This document shows, piece by piece, positions 63,720 through 64,000 of a stretch of DNA of 64,000 bases (its first letter is position 1; each line of letters starts with the position of its first letter). The notes under the pieces are model-generated. The model was not told the DNA's origin, made no database searches, and saw only the letters and a program-made list of their open reading frames with translations. Position numbers and translations under genes: made by a program. Location: IMG/VR virus record IMGVR_UViG_3300049460_000312, positions 1-64,000 of that record; one strand, written 5' to 3'.

Positions 63720-64000
63720 TTATTTTTTACCCTGCTCTTTCTTCATGTCCTGCAGCAGGTCATGGAGTTCCTGGGCCTGCTCCGGTGCACGCTTCTCCAT
63801 GATCTCTAGCATCAGGTCGCACATGTACGGGGGCTGGTTGATAAACTCGGTAAAGGACATGTGAAAGGCGGTGCCAATCTTCAGATCGGCAAACGCTTCC
63901 AGACGCTCGCGCAAGCGAGAGGCCACGATCGCATCTTCACACCAGTGATGTCTCACCAGCGCAAAGTGGTCGTCGGTTGCGGCCCGATGGTCGTAGATAC
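63720..64000 (-). CDS. Hypothetical jumbo-phage protein, partial (starts beyond the right edge)
   Basis: Frame is open to the edge: IYDHRAATDDHFALVRHHW...SFTEFINQP. Confidence 0.75.
   Translation of the reverse strand, partial: IYDHRAATDDHFALVRHHWCEDAIVASRLRERLEAFADLKIGTAFHMSFTEFINQPPYMCDLMLEIMEKRAPEQAQELHDLLQDMKKEQGKK

Noticed and set aside
1-64000. Stop-codon reassignment
   Set aside because: Conserved genes are full length in the standard code, and TAA, TAG and TGA are all used as stops

Overview
This 64 kb window is part of a phiKZ-like jumbo phage genome (probably Chimalliviridae). It is moderately GC-rich, and a Burkholderia/Ralstonia-type host is my inference only. The left half (1-32.5 kb) is an accessory/early region, almost all on the minus strand. 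It encodes nucleotide and NAD metabolism: DHFR, ThyA, a P-loop nucleotide kinase, a degenerate Nudix protein, and an adjacent PRS-like + NAMPT-like pair matching the NARP1 anti-defence pathway. It also carries a PspA-like / small membrane protein / TAXI solute-binding module, several dispersed paralogue families (tandem degenerate GIY-YIG-like, HTH, helical pair), a holin-like gene, a long acidic Ala/Pro-rich protein, and a cluster of small membrane proteins interleaved with highly structured non-coding RNA. The right half (32.6-64 kb) is a virion block that resembles the phiKZ gp82-gp101 region in size, order and orientation. It holds internal head proteins with S/A/G-x-E protease sites, a large baseplate-type protein, a HExxH protein, the exonuclease/motif-A half of a split family B DNA polymerase, two Gly-rich paralogues and another candidate structured ncRNA. 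Terminator hairpins repeatedly end in a conserved TTATGC(C/T)G tail, and an early-promoter-like CATAT(T/C/G)AC motif recurs. I found no tRNA, rRNA, CRISPR array or IS element. All family assignments come from motif recognition by eye, not database searches.
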